The notes beneath the pieces were generated by a model. The model did not search any database. It was not told the DNA's origin and saw only the letters and a list, made by a program, of their open reading frames with translations. The translations under genes were made by a program, and so were the position numbers. A stretch of 55,033 bases of DNA, filler included, from Gonapodya sp. JEL0774 (lineage: Eukaryota), in the NCBI GenBank assembly GCA_027604505.1. It is 2 parts of 2 records of this genome, joined end to end, with 100 filler letters (N's around TTAATTAATTAA, not from the genome) between each part and the next. Parts side by side here need not be neighbours in the genome. Positions count along the whole stretch, not along the records: positions 1 to 27,721 come from JADIIX010000214.1; 1 more part is not named here. One strand, written 5' to 3'. This document shows positions 11,998-23,445 of the stretch, one piece after another. The stretch's first letter is position 1. Each line of letters opens with the position of its first letter.

Positions 11998-13142
11998 TCA
12001 CCAACTTCCGTTCCCCGGACGATTGGGCTTTGGGGGCGGTACCTTTCTTCGTCCTACAGAGATTGAACGGCGAACCGAGTCAAAGTCCTCCGGTGCGGAT
12101 TCGAGGTAAGGATCGCGATAGACAGGATCGAGCGTGGCGAGAGCCCTGCTATCTCCCAGCGCCCACGACAAGGACGCCACAGACGACATCTCAGGGACAG
12201 GAGAGGAGGGGGATTCGGTGTGATAGCTCGATGATCCGATGTCTGATGGAGTGGCTGGAATCGGGGAATTTGCACCACCTGCCCGCACAACACTTGAAAT
12301 GTGTGGGTACAATCGGCAAACGTCCTGATGACAAACGTACCTGACGTGCCATATCCAAAGGTTTCGATCCGCTTCTGATGACCCTCGTAGCTCCTCTTTG
12401 AACGCCAGCGTGCAAAGAGTACTACCAACGAGGTTCCCACAACGATCAGTACCACAATCACGGCCACTAGCACCGGCGATATGGAGGGCGAAGAAGCTCC
12501 CGACGTATTATTATCCTGCGTCAAATTGGTGCCCAAGCCTGCAGTGACGTCAGTGGTGGTCGCGGATACAGTGAATGTTTGCGGAATCTCCGATGGCTTT
12601 GAGGTCGTACCCGAATGGCTTTTGGGCACCACCGCTACCGTAAATCCATTGAGCGGTGCTCCTCCTGTCAAAGAGATCCCTGCAGGCAGTACGGACGCAT
12701 CGCCGAGTGGTTGGGAGGGAGTTGCATCAAATGCAACCGTGCCGAATACCGATACAGTCGGGGTGATTCCGGGTGTCCCAGATGCCGCTCCTTGTGATCC
12801 TTGCGCAGCAGGTGGAGGAGATAACGACTGAGAGTCCGGAGTTGGAGGGGATGCCGGTGGCGTGGCCGAAGGTGGAGGAGATCCTGGGCCGGCAGTGACA
12901 GGCTGTCCAGAAGAAGAGGTGGGCGGACTAGAAGGAGCAGCCGGAGCGGGGGGCGGAGGTGCAGGGGCGGTGGGTGGTGGCGGGGGAGGAGTTGGCGGAC
13001 TCGGAGGACTGGGTGCGCGAGGGGGCGGAGCAGGCGTGGGGGGCGGTGGAGGGGGCGCGGCTGGCGGTGGAGGCGGACTGGGCGGGGGAATGCCCAAGAC
13101 CGGGCAGAGCAAACCGCAGAGAATGTCCCCAAGACTCGTCAT
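11998..13142 (-). CDS. Proline/Ser/Thr-rich single-pass membrane protein of unknown function (start codon uncertain)
   Basis: Long poly-Pro/Ala/Ser/Thr region, TM PVLVAVIVVLIVVGTSLVVLFA followed by RWRSKR. A GTACGT...CAG intron (~12340-12281) joins a tail ending RRKVPPPKPNRPGNGSW*. Confidence 0.6.
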
Positions 13143-14084
13143 TCTGGGCAGCGGAGTCGATAATTTGTCTGCCGACCGTCTCAGTCTGTCCTCGAAACTG
13201 TTTTCCTTATAGGATCCGATGTGAACACCGCCCTTAGGTAATGCGGCGATGGTGAGCAACCACCATCACCGGCCGAAGGGCCCAAATGCGCGGATTTGAA
13301 TTCGTTGCTTAATTCATTCGGACATCTAGTAGAAGGCCCAACTCCGTTTTGAATTCCCCTGTGCTCTCTCTTGCGGGTTTTGGATGGTAAGCCATCATAT
13401 TCCAACCACATCTCCCGAGCAATCAGAACGGGGCCTTAACATCACCACTGCCGGTTGTATCGGAAAGATCCGTTGTATATGACAATAAGGATGGTGTAGT
13501 AGTAGCTCTAGACCGAGAGGTTTTCAATAAGGTTTTTGCTACAATCACTCAAAAAGCTTGTTTTCCATATAAAAGCGCCACCTCAAGCCGCCCATAATAA
13601 CGTCGATGGTGACGATAGCAATGGCAAGGACAATATAAAACTGCAGTAAGATTGCGTTGCCGAGTCATGGGGAGAAACTAAGTTAGTTCCTTTGAACCAT
13701 CCGCTACTGATCATCCCATGACGCAGTAACGTGCGCGTACAAATATATTGGTCGGTGCAATGATACATAATTCTACTCGGGAGAAGTCGTGATGTTTGAA
13801 TTACAGTTGCATCTGAAAAGTCGAGTTGATATCGTGGCTGCTGACTCGAGGAAAGTACCGCGCGAGCGGCAGGTGGAAGGTTTGATCATGAGCTCTTTTG
13901 GTTATATTTGCTAAACTGGAAAAGAACGACTCCCGTATTGCGGCGTTCACCCTCAACCGCAGATCTACCGACATAACATGGTGTCGAGCACTACAACGAA
14001 ACAAAAGCTGCTCACGAAGAACGTCATGTCCACAACAGGTACAGTCCCACTGCCCTTTGTAAGTAATGTTGCATGAAAATTGTC

Positions 14085-15888
14085 TTATGAGCGTTGGCGG
14101 AACTTGATGTGGTCGACCAGGTACTGAACAAGCTGCAGCCAGCGATGAACCACAATATAAGTGAGATGCAGTTACATCGACCACGAGCACATAGGTGCCC
14201 ACTCTCAACCAACTTACAGTCCTTGGACACCTGTCCATCAAGTCTTTGCTTTCGTGCCGAGACCGAGATCCCGCGAAGTCGCCGCCACCGGTCCAGAGCA
14301 GATACACGATGGGGTTTCGGTCGCCGGGGCGCGTTTCTTCGTCCTCAGGATTCTGCTCCATGTGCTCCAATTCGACAAGACCATCCCAGCTTGGCAAGTT
14401 GCGGATCTCCTTGGGAAGCTCTTCGATCGAGTAGTAGTGGAACTCCGGGGCTGCAGGCAATTTGTTCATGTGGTGTAGCAAACGCACGGTGCAGGGTACC
14501 AAAAGAAGTCCGGGGTAAATAAATGGAATAATCGTAAATGAACGATACGATTAATCGGGGAAACGATGGCAGTCGGGTGCAGTATTTGGTCCAGTCACAC
14601 GGCAGTCGGTGGAATCGGCAACAGCGTTAAGTTAGTTCACTTCTGTGGTCACCCTCGAAGGATTTTCGCTGTCATACGAGATATTCACCGTCGTCTGCAT
14701 TCGTTCCATTTTCGAACCCGGTCTCCTCCTCGGTATCCGCCTTCGCCCCTTTGGTCGACTTGGACGATTCCTTTTTGACCTTCTTGGAGTCAGGAGCGCC
14801 ACCATCGGCGGGTGCACTGCGCTTCTTGGTGGAGGTGGGTTTGTCGGGTCGGGATTCCATGAAGGTGGCGATGAGGTCGTCGCACTGCGAGCGGGGCGAT
14901 ACCCGGGAGGGTGAAAATGTGAAACGTTCAGCGAGTCCGTAGAGCTTAATTCCGTAGAGTCATTTAGCCATGCCACGTTGTAATCCTCGATTCGCGTCCG
15001 GAACGGCCGATGGGGATCGAGTGTGCTGAGCTTTGGTTTGCTCGAATTTGGCATGCACGACCGTTGAAGGAATGAGAAGTGCCGTAATTACAGTCAGTGG
15101 TGAAGCGCGCCAACTGACCGTAATGGTTGTGGTTGCATGTCCTCCTCAACGCCCGTGTAGTGGGTGTGAAGGAATGAACACATTTACTCACATCGATCAT
15201 GTTGGATTCGGGCTCCCAAGTCGCTTGTGACTCGGGATAGTTCTCCCACTTGACGAAGAACTTCCTCTTCTGTGGTTATGGAACGATCCCGCACCATAGG
15301 CATACAGTTCCGATGATCGATTGGGGACAGGGACACAAAGGAGGCCGAGCGTGAAACGGTTGACTGTACATGATTATAGCACATGCCAACGCTTGAAAGC
15401 ACTTACACCGCGTTCGATTTTCATGTCGAGGATCTTTTCAACCTGTGGGGAGTGCAGAGGAACGTCTCACTTTGTAATCCTCCGCGACATCAAATTCCCT
15501 GACTCCTATTAAGTCATCCCTCCTCGCGGAAAAGAACCAGTAGTAGACTATATCGACTCCACGATCGTCAAAGCCCATTGTCACTTCGAGAACGAGCACC
15601 TTCCACTCCCTCCAGGTCTTTTGCGAAAGCAAGCTGTCCTCCACCAGTCTTCAAATGCGGCAATGCCGGTCAAAAGATTACGATGCGATATACTCTTTCA
15701 TCGCGGATCCCTTGGAACTGGTCGATTTCACATCGCCAGAGCTACCCTTTGATTGTGTCACCCGTTGAACTTCCACCTTCTTCGGGAGCGAATCTCACCT
15801 TATAGACTTCTTCTTGCTCCGACCCTGCATCATCACTATCATCTGCTTTTGAACCCTTCCCGTTTTGTTGGCTTTTTCTACCGCCCAT
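14085..15888 (-). CDS. HP1/Swi6-family heterochromatin protein (chromodomain + chromo shadow domain), 6 exons
   Basis: Spliced chromodomain: MGGRKSQQNGKGSKADDSDDAGSEQEEVYK|VEKILDMKIERG|KRKFFVKWENYPESQATWEPESNMID|CDDLIATFMES. Basic hinge KKRS...KKVKK. Chromo shadow: PSWDGLVELEHMEQ...IVYLLWTG...SRHESKDLMDRCPRT|LVQYLVDHIKF. Intron 1 is 15798-15443, GT-AG. Confidence 0.88.
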
Positions 15889-16416
15889 TGCTGAATGTGC
15901 TCTTCAAGGATGTCGAGATGTTTGGAATGAGCGCGCCGGGACCCGAGATTCGGCAATGCCGGTGACGCTGAGAAATTGATTAAACGGTAGAAAGCTTGAA
16001 ATGACGACTTGCGATGTCGGCGTTGAATTGGGAATTTCCTTGCGAAAAGCACAGGTGGTGGGCTGTGCAAGGGCATCCACCAAATGCAACTCTATTGGCG
16101 GACAGATGGTGCGGTCGCCAACAATACTAATAGTTGTAGATTCGACTAGAGTTTGATTTGTATATGAGTTTGATTAAATATTTTTACGGACGGGTCGCAG
16201 TAGGGGACTTCTAGATAAGATATACTAATCTCCAGTTCGCTGTAGATGGGTTTCACTGATGCGAAGGAGCAGCCGCGAGAGCAATCGCCGGACTTATTTT
16301 ACGTGGTGAATGGGAGGAGAGTAAGAGATGGTCAACGGCAGTCACGACGTATGTATGCTCTTCGAATTGAGTTTAGCCGGTCCCCATATTGCGAAGTTGC
16401 ACACGCTATCACTCCG

Positions 16417-17227
16417 ATGTCTTCGAGCGACAAGAACGACGAGGGAACGTGGTTCACGATACAGCCAAAGCTGGATTGCCCCCATGTAGCGACAGCGTTT
16501 CGGGAAGTGAAGAGCATCACAGTTGCGAGTGAGATTACCATCACCTCGAGCAGGCGAATGTTCCTTGGACTTAAGAACTGGACATCTACCATCCAGTCGA
16601 TGTACCTTGCTCGGTGTGTGGTGATCCGTCGGAGAACTGGCAATGCATGTCTTGCTATTCGGTGTTTTGCAGTCGGTGAGAGTCTGTTTGTCAGAATACT
16701 CGCCCGTTCAGGCAATTTTACTCCTAACTTATCCACGAAGATATGTCAACGGACACATGGCGATGCACTTTGAGGCCTCCAAGACTCTTTTGGGAGAGTC
16801 TCCTTCTGCGTCCGTAGCTTCAACGTCAAGTTCTCCACACAGTGTCGCCGCATCGTTTTCAGACCTTTCGTTCTGGTGCTTTGAATGTGAAGAGTATATT
16901 GAGAGCCCGGTGAGTCAAAGTCTCGTCAGCCACTTTGCCGGTGTTGGCCTAGGTCCCTTGTCACCACGATATGAAACAATTCGTATGTCACTATCGTCAT
17001 TACAGAGCCTGCGTCACTTCCACTCTGCACTCCATCTCGCCAAGTTTGGGGTTCTTCCTGGACAGGATCTTCCGGACGACTTTGACTTGCATGCGGCCGC
17101 TAGCAAACTCCGCAAGTCAGGGCAGCCTTCCGGATCTACTCCAAGTGGCACGGCCAACACTCTTTGCGAGCAAAACACAGCAGCTGGTCTCAAAGAAGGA
17201 GACAAGGGCAAGGGGAAGTCCCGTTGA
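16417..17227 (+). CDS. Stand-alone HDAC6-type ZnF-UBP (BUZ) ubiquitin-binding domain protein, 4 exons
   Basis: Spliced: WFTIQPKLDCPHV...PCSVCGDPSENWQCMSCYSVFCSR|YVNGHMAMH...HSVAASFSDLSFWCFECEEYI...LHLAKFG. This matches the pattern of the HDAC6 C-terminal ZnF-UBP. Confidence 0.85.
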
Positions 17228-17396
17228 GACGATGGCGAATCAGTGGAACAGGCACCTCCCACGTTATACCCCAGAATGAAAATCTGCTAATGCATAACTT
17301 TTTAGCGAGTAGATGATAATGATTCAATTGATTTGCCATTATGCGCACTGACTCAATCACTGACGTCACCCCTGTGCCTGATAAAAAAAATTAATC

Positions 17397-20300
17397 ATGG
17401 CCGGCTCCCGTCTAACCGACTACATCAGGACAGTACCCGTGAAGGTCCCGAATGAAGAGCCTTTGACCATGCCTGTCTACTTTCGCATATTCGTATACTC
17501 GCCGTATTTGACGGAAATCTCAACCGTCACGGAACCCGCTGCCGATTGGCCCAATGCCGCGGGGAATACAACTATTATTCGCAAGCCCACTCCTATATTT
17601 CCGAACACGGATCTTGAATCTATCTTGACTCCTGTATCGCCCATCGGTGGCTCACGTGGGTCGTCCGACACAACAGCTGATCAGAGCTGGATACCTGCCC
17701 CGGTATCCTTCGTAAACTCCATAACTGTGGTGCGACATATCGACACGCAGGAAATCGACCTCGGAAATCTTTTACTTGCACTTGGGCGGAACTTGGTGAA
17801 CGCAAGATATGCCAGTTCGATCCCTTCTGGATCGGCCAGCTTCATTGCGAACACAGGCCAGACAAGTCGACATCGGCGCTGATGAGATGTCCGGGAGGAT
17901 CAGTGCACTTGTTAAGCAGGACAATGTCAATTATGGATGTGGCTCCGTCAGTGGTATTTGGGCGGAGATCCACGTCGCAAGGAAGGTGAGATTCGACACA
18001 ACTTAAGGATCAAGTCGCGGGTGGTTGCGAACATCGCAAGTTTTCGGATCAGTACGTCAGCAGTTCACTATAGCGTCCTTTTGCAGATCTTGGAGCACGA
18101 GCGCGCCGGATCTGAGCAGCTTGCGCGGTCTGCACAACAAATCGAGATAGCACCTTCAAGTGCCTTGAGCACGTCCCGACCGTCTGCAGACGGAATTCTT
18201 TGCGACGCCGCAGTCTCTGTTGGTCAAGGCAGTGATTGACGTGCTTGTTCCTTAGCGGCGTCCGTTTCATCAGTGGCAGTATGTTTCACTGACGAAAAAG
18301 GCGAGGTCAGTCACGCGCATATTACAAATTCAACGCTAACACCAACAACAGACAAGTTGTGTAATTCTGACAACAACCAGTTGAGTGACTTGGAGATTCT
18401 TTTGAGTGATCGATTCGATTAATTGCGGCCGGAGATGTTCACACTTGATGAACTTGAAGGAAAGAACGCTGGTATGTTTCATTTGCGCAAATGCACGCGC
18501 GTGAACTGCGGCATCTAATGTCCTCGAATCTTCATAAAGTCGTCTTATGCAATTTTACACTCACCCAGTCGGCGATCGCATCCGGATGCACCATTCGTGA
18601 AATCTCTGATGTGCCGGGTTCGATCGTTGAACCTCGTCTCGCTTTACCTGTACCACCAGCAAATGCACCGTCGGAGCTACCATTTGTCATGCACAAGAAA
18701 CTCCTTCATGAGTCGTTGGAAGAAGGAGGGTGCCAGGTGTTGGAAGACCTGTATCAAAAAGCCAACCGGTGTGGTCGCCAAATCATTTCGTTTCACGAAA
18801 AGCTTCACGACGGAAGAGAAATTTTGGGCGAGAGTATTTGTAATGCGCTCAATGTTGTATTTGTGAATCTTTGTCTGAAGTCTGGTGTTAACGCACCGGA
18901 AGAAGCTAATATCAACGCGGACTCTTCAATGCATGGCACTGAAGAGGGAGATCAGCGGGATATTTCCAGTGGGCGCTACAAACCAGAAGCGATATATTCT
19001 GTTGCTATTACTGACATCATGAGCGCGGCCGCTTCTGTTCTTGGAGACCAACATTGTGTGGATATCTATAATCATTGCACCAAGGCGATCTCAACTTCAG
19101 TCCAGAAGAGCAATCTCACAGCCATTTTGAGAGTTCCTTCTATTGCGATTGCCCTTCCTTCGGCAACTCTCACCTTCCTCGAGGGTGCTCACGTCCTATT
19201 GAGCGACTTCGAATATCGCTTGCGAAACTCCTTTGACCGGTTGAAGCAGGAGATAAATGGACTGAGATTCAACGCTGCCAAGAAAATCAAGCGTTTGGAT
19301 TTGGAATATCAGGCCGAGCGCGCAATTAACGATACGTCGAATGCACGTAGAAAGTTGGCCACTCAGCAAGCTATCAAATTACGAGATCCTTCCACGATCG
19401 AAATTGAAAAGGAGATGGTAAGGGCGTACTGTGAGAAAAAAAATTGGTGAATCTAAAAAGTTTTACAAGGTGAGCGAAATAGATATTCGGCGGCAAAGAA
19501 GAGTGTCTTACAAATTCTCACGGAAGCCTACTAACGCCCCGCGGGATCGTTCACCGTTATTAGTTTCAAGTGAGTACTGTGAAGATGGGGATGAAATTTT
19601 TTGGTTTCGTTTGTTCAAATCGGGTATTTCTTCAATAGATCCAAAAATGGGAGAGCGCTACCAACTTCGGATTTCTGGTCTCGTGAACTGCTATCGGACT
19701 CATGGCAGTTTCTCAAATTCTTTCAAAGCATTGTTCTCAACTGCCATATGATATGCCGATAACTCCGGTCTCTTTCGAGGAGCCTAGGATACGCATGATA
19801 ACTCGAGAATTTATGGTGATCCCTGAACGAGTATGTGCTCGGGCCACCTCCAACACCGCTAACTATGGGTGTAAGTCCCTACAAAGAGCTCACGAAGGAC
19901 GACTTTGCAATCGAGCGGTTTCCTATGCATGGCGCGCTGTTATTCTCTACCTCCCTATCTCCCCGGAAAGGCAGGAGAGCTCCGAGTTAATACCTCCGGA
20001 GCAGTTGGTGTTTCGAGACAGTCAGGCACATCTGCCAAGGCGAGCCCTAAGAAAGTCCGATTCGATGATCTTCCAACCGCTCGACCACTCGATGATACAC
20101 AGAACAATGCAACCTCCCAAACGAAATCCAGCAGACATAAGATTCAACTACCCGAAAACGTCGAGTAGACGGCAACTTCGAGCTTCTTCCCGACAGCATT
20201 GCAGAGCAACCTTTATCACAACACCGTACCTCTCGATGATCAGGATACGTCTGATGTCGTCAAATAGAGCAGCCCCTCCAGTGCATCTCCTGCTACTATT

Positions 20301-21253
20301 CGATCACGGTTTATTTTTAAGGAGGACTTTCGGGCGCTGTTTCGGCGATCTGTGTTAACTCGAACCACCAGCTCCGAATCCAGCATCGCGGAAACCCCAC
20401 AAGCGACTACAGGTTTGTTATCCCCATTAACCAAGCTTTTGAGCATTCTTCGTCGCAGTGGTAGCACGGGAAAGCTTTCGTGGATTCCATCCGAGTCCAC
20501 ACCTGCAAGTTTTCCAAGCGCGGCACCGAATCTACCTTCCGCTTGGGAAGTCACATCTAGTACTTCCATAGATTCTCTACCAAAGAGTTTAGATGGCACA
20601 GGAACACGTGCGGAGACCTGGCGACAGATGGACAGGACAAGTGGCGTCAGTAGTCATGGCGATGATGCGATGAACGAGAGCGGCTCGATCATGCGTCCGC
20701 TCGAAGATAGCAAAGGAGAGGGAATATTCTCCTCTAAACCGAATGTGGAAAGTTCTTTGGAATCGCGGGCTGGCGTAAAATTTGATGACAACTTTTCGGG
20801 AGTCAACTTGGCCCGCACACTCACTGATCCGGACTCAAGGAAGGAGTCCCTTTCACAGGAGAGACCGCATCTTGGCAGAGGTCCAGCCAGTTAGTCTTTC
20901 TGGAATTCTGGAAAAGGCTGCAGACACGTTCCGGATCTGGTTCCAACTCGATCCAGCTAGACACAGGGCAATTGGAAAGCACTGTCAAGGGAAAGGATCG
21001 GGAAATTCGAGAGGAATGGCATCGAGCTGTGGCATCTATAAATTGATAGCAGTCTTTGTCCAGTATATGTAGAACAAAACTTGGCATTCTTCGTAAAGTG
21101 GGTTCAGAGCGCTCCCTGACGGATCTCGGCGATTATTGTACCTTACGGCCGAATACAAGAAACCCAATAAAAAGCCAGCTGGACACAATCGCAACATCTG
21201 ATCACATACATCTACCGAATCTCTTCTCAAAAAATGGTCGCTGCAGACGTTAA
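17397..21253 (+). CDS. Large hypothetical multi-exon protein (or two genes); helical/coiled-coil middle and Ser-rich C-terminus
   Basis: Chain of + strand ORFs (17397, 17937, 18491 of 319 aa, 19431, 19905, 20352, 21056) separated by plausible GT-AG introns. No recognisable domain. The exon structure near 18240-18480 could not be resolved without a stop. Confidence 0.45.
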
Positions 21254-21331
21254 AGGTCCCATCGCCTCTGTTCTCCCCAAGGGTTCGTTGTCTTGGCATG
21301 AGAAGGCTGACATCAATCCGGGCAATATCTG

Positions 21332-22432
21332 ATGATATCCACCGCTGTTTCAGACTGGACACCCCTAACTAAGGAGCAACTGGAAGAACTGGCCACCATC
21401 GACACTCCATCTATCGCCAATGCGATTGAAGTGAGTTTGTTGAAGCGCTTTGCGATATGACAGTGGCAACGGCCGACTTGTCTAACGATCACATATCGCC
21501 GTCGTCATAAAAGGTTTTCAAAATTCAACCTCGTGTTCAAGGCTACACAGGAACTGGTGTTCGTTTGCTCGCCCGTGGTAAGGGCAAGGCCATGGTGAGT
21601 CTTGCGCGGTTTGTCGCTCGTTGTTTATCCTACAAATTTGCCGATTCGTATTTCGCCGCCTCCTATTCACCACTGCGCCTCAACGTAATCCTATTCGCGC
21701 AGGTTGCCTACGCTGTAACTGTTCGTGGAGACTCCACCTCCGAGTACAAGACAGCCCGAGAGCACCCCCGTCTGTACGCCGCCATCCACTCCATCCACCA
21801 AGCTGGAGGCCCCGAAAACCCTCTCCCTGTCGCAGTTGTTATCGACGACGATGGTGATGCGTCCAAGCTTGACTGGTCGTCCCATGTCGGTGAGATTATG
21901 GCCACTACCTTCCGGCGATGCGGAGCGGTTTCGTTGATCACCGATGGCGGCGTCCGGGATATCGATGAAATACGAGGCTTTGGAGACTTCTGGTATTATG
22001 GAAGAGGTGGGTGTTGCTTCGTCAATCCGTACTTGGCTCATTCCAAGAGGTCTTCAGTCTAAGCGAGATGATCTAAACCACTTTTGTACTCGTTAATTCT
22101 CCAATCAGGTCTTGTTGTTGCTCACGGTCGCCCTTGCATCTACGATGTTGGTGTTCCTGCCAACATCAATGGGATGTTTGTACGTACAGGAGACCTTATC
22201 CACGGCGATGAGAACGGTATTATCGTTATCCCCCGTGAACTCCACCAGAAGATTTACAAAGCAACTGTGGACGTGAGTACCTGACTACTACGTCGTTGTC
22301 TCCTCGCTTCTTTGATACTAAATGTCCTTGACTATCTTTCAGTTCAAGGCGGACGAAGACGAGATGCTTAGGCAGATCAAGTCTCCCGAGTTCTTCAAGC
22401 AGTTCGAGGAGCTCTCGGCTTACAAAGGCTAA
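21332..22432 (+). CDS. RraA-like / HMG-CHA aldolase family protein, 5 exons
   Basis: MISTAVSDWTPLTKEQLEELATIDTPSIANAIE|VFKIQPR...AMVAYAVTVR...VGEIMATTFRRCGAVSLITDGGVRDIDEI...VPANINGMFVRTGDLIHGDENGIIVIP. Family motifs GE, DGxVRD and GDxxxGDxxGxxVIP are present. Confidence 0.88.
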
Positions 22433-23445
22433 AAAGATTATTTTGCAGCTAGACGTAGAACGTTTCCAGTCACGTGTTTCCGATCTCTTGTATACCGACC
22501 TTATGTGATCAATTTGTAATTCATATTGATAATCCCCTTCGCCGTCTCTTACATGAAGGAGGATGGCAGCAATCGTGTCGAGCAAGAAGTACCCAGGCGA
22601 GTGTAAGTAAATCACTCGGAGGTTGTAACCGATATATCAAAGAGTACTTGTGCGCATTGTGGAATACCGAAGTCATTCTTTTGCAGTAGATCTAAGCGTT
22701 CGTATCAAATTGGCTACGGTTGTGATTGTGCATTTGCCTCTAGGTGTTGTTACCATCCAAGTCGCTGCGTTCACTGCCGCTATCCTGACACGAGCATCGA
22801 ACAGTAGGAGGTACATCTACGACCACCTCGTCCTGAAATTTGTACATTATTTTCAGACAACTGAAAATGCCAGAGAAGCGATGATGGGGTTTGTACAAGG
22901 TTCACGAAGTCCGAGGGAAAAAGATACGGTAATTTTGATACTCCCATAAATAAGCATTTCGTCCATCATCCACATTGTAGTGTTCATTTCTGTATTGACA
23001 ACAAGCAATAGGAAATGATAAGCACGTTCCTCCCACGCCTGGAGGCGCAGACCCTCCCTGCAGAGCCCTGGAATCCGATAATTCGACACGTTCCACCGAA
23101 ACCCATCTTTCGGCGCGCAAGTAAGTAAAGGCGAAAAAGAATTCGAAGTGAGGGCGCGTTTCCATCCCCGCATATTTCTCGCACTCCGGATTTCGCGGAA
23201 GATCGCTTGTGTCTTGTTTCTCTCACGTGTGTTTGGGGAAGAAACCGCAATGTTCGTTAGGTCCGAATCGTGGCGAATTCGCGGATAAAATTTCACTTTT
23301 TTCGGATTCACCATGGAATCGCCTGTCTGGATGTGTTTCTTGTGGCTCAAACGCCCGGTTGGAATTTTCCTCTGTCTTCCGATTGTTTCCTCCATTGATT
23401 CCCACATTGTTTCGATAAAATCACTTACCGACACGGCAATTAGCC

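Noticed and set aside
19418..19470. Apparent frameshift at an A8 run (EKKNW* vs KKIGESK), suggesting slippage or a sequencing error
   Set aside because: A short GTAAGG...TTTTACAAG intron spanning the run restores the frame more simply.
22853..23434. 193-aa minus-strand ORF upstream of BTA1
   Set aside because: No recognisable motifs; it overlaps the expected BTA1 promoter/5' UTR.
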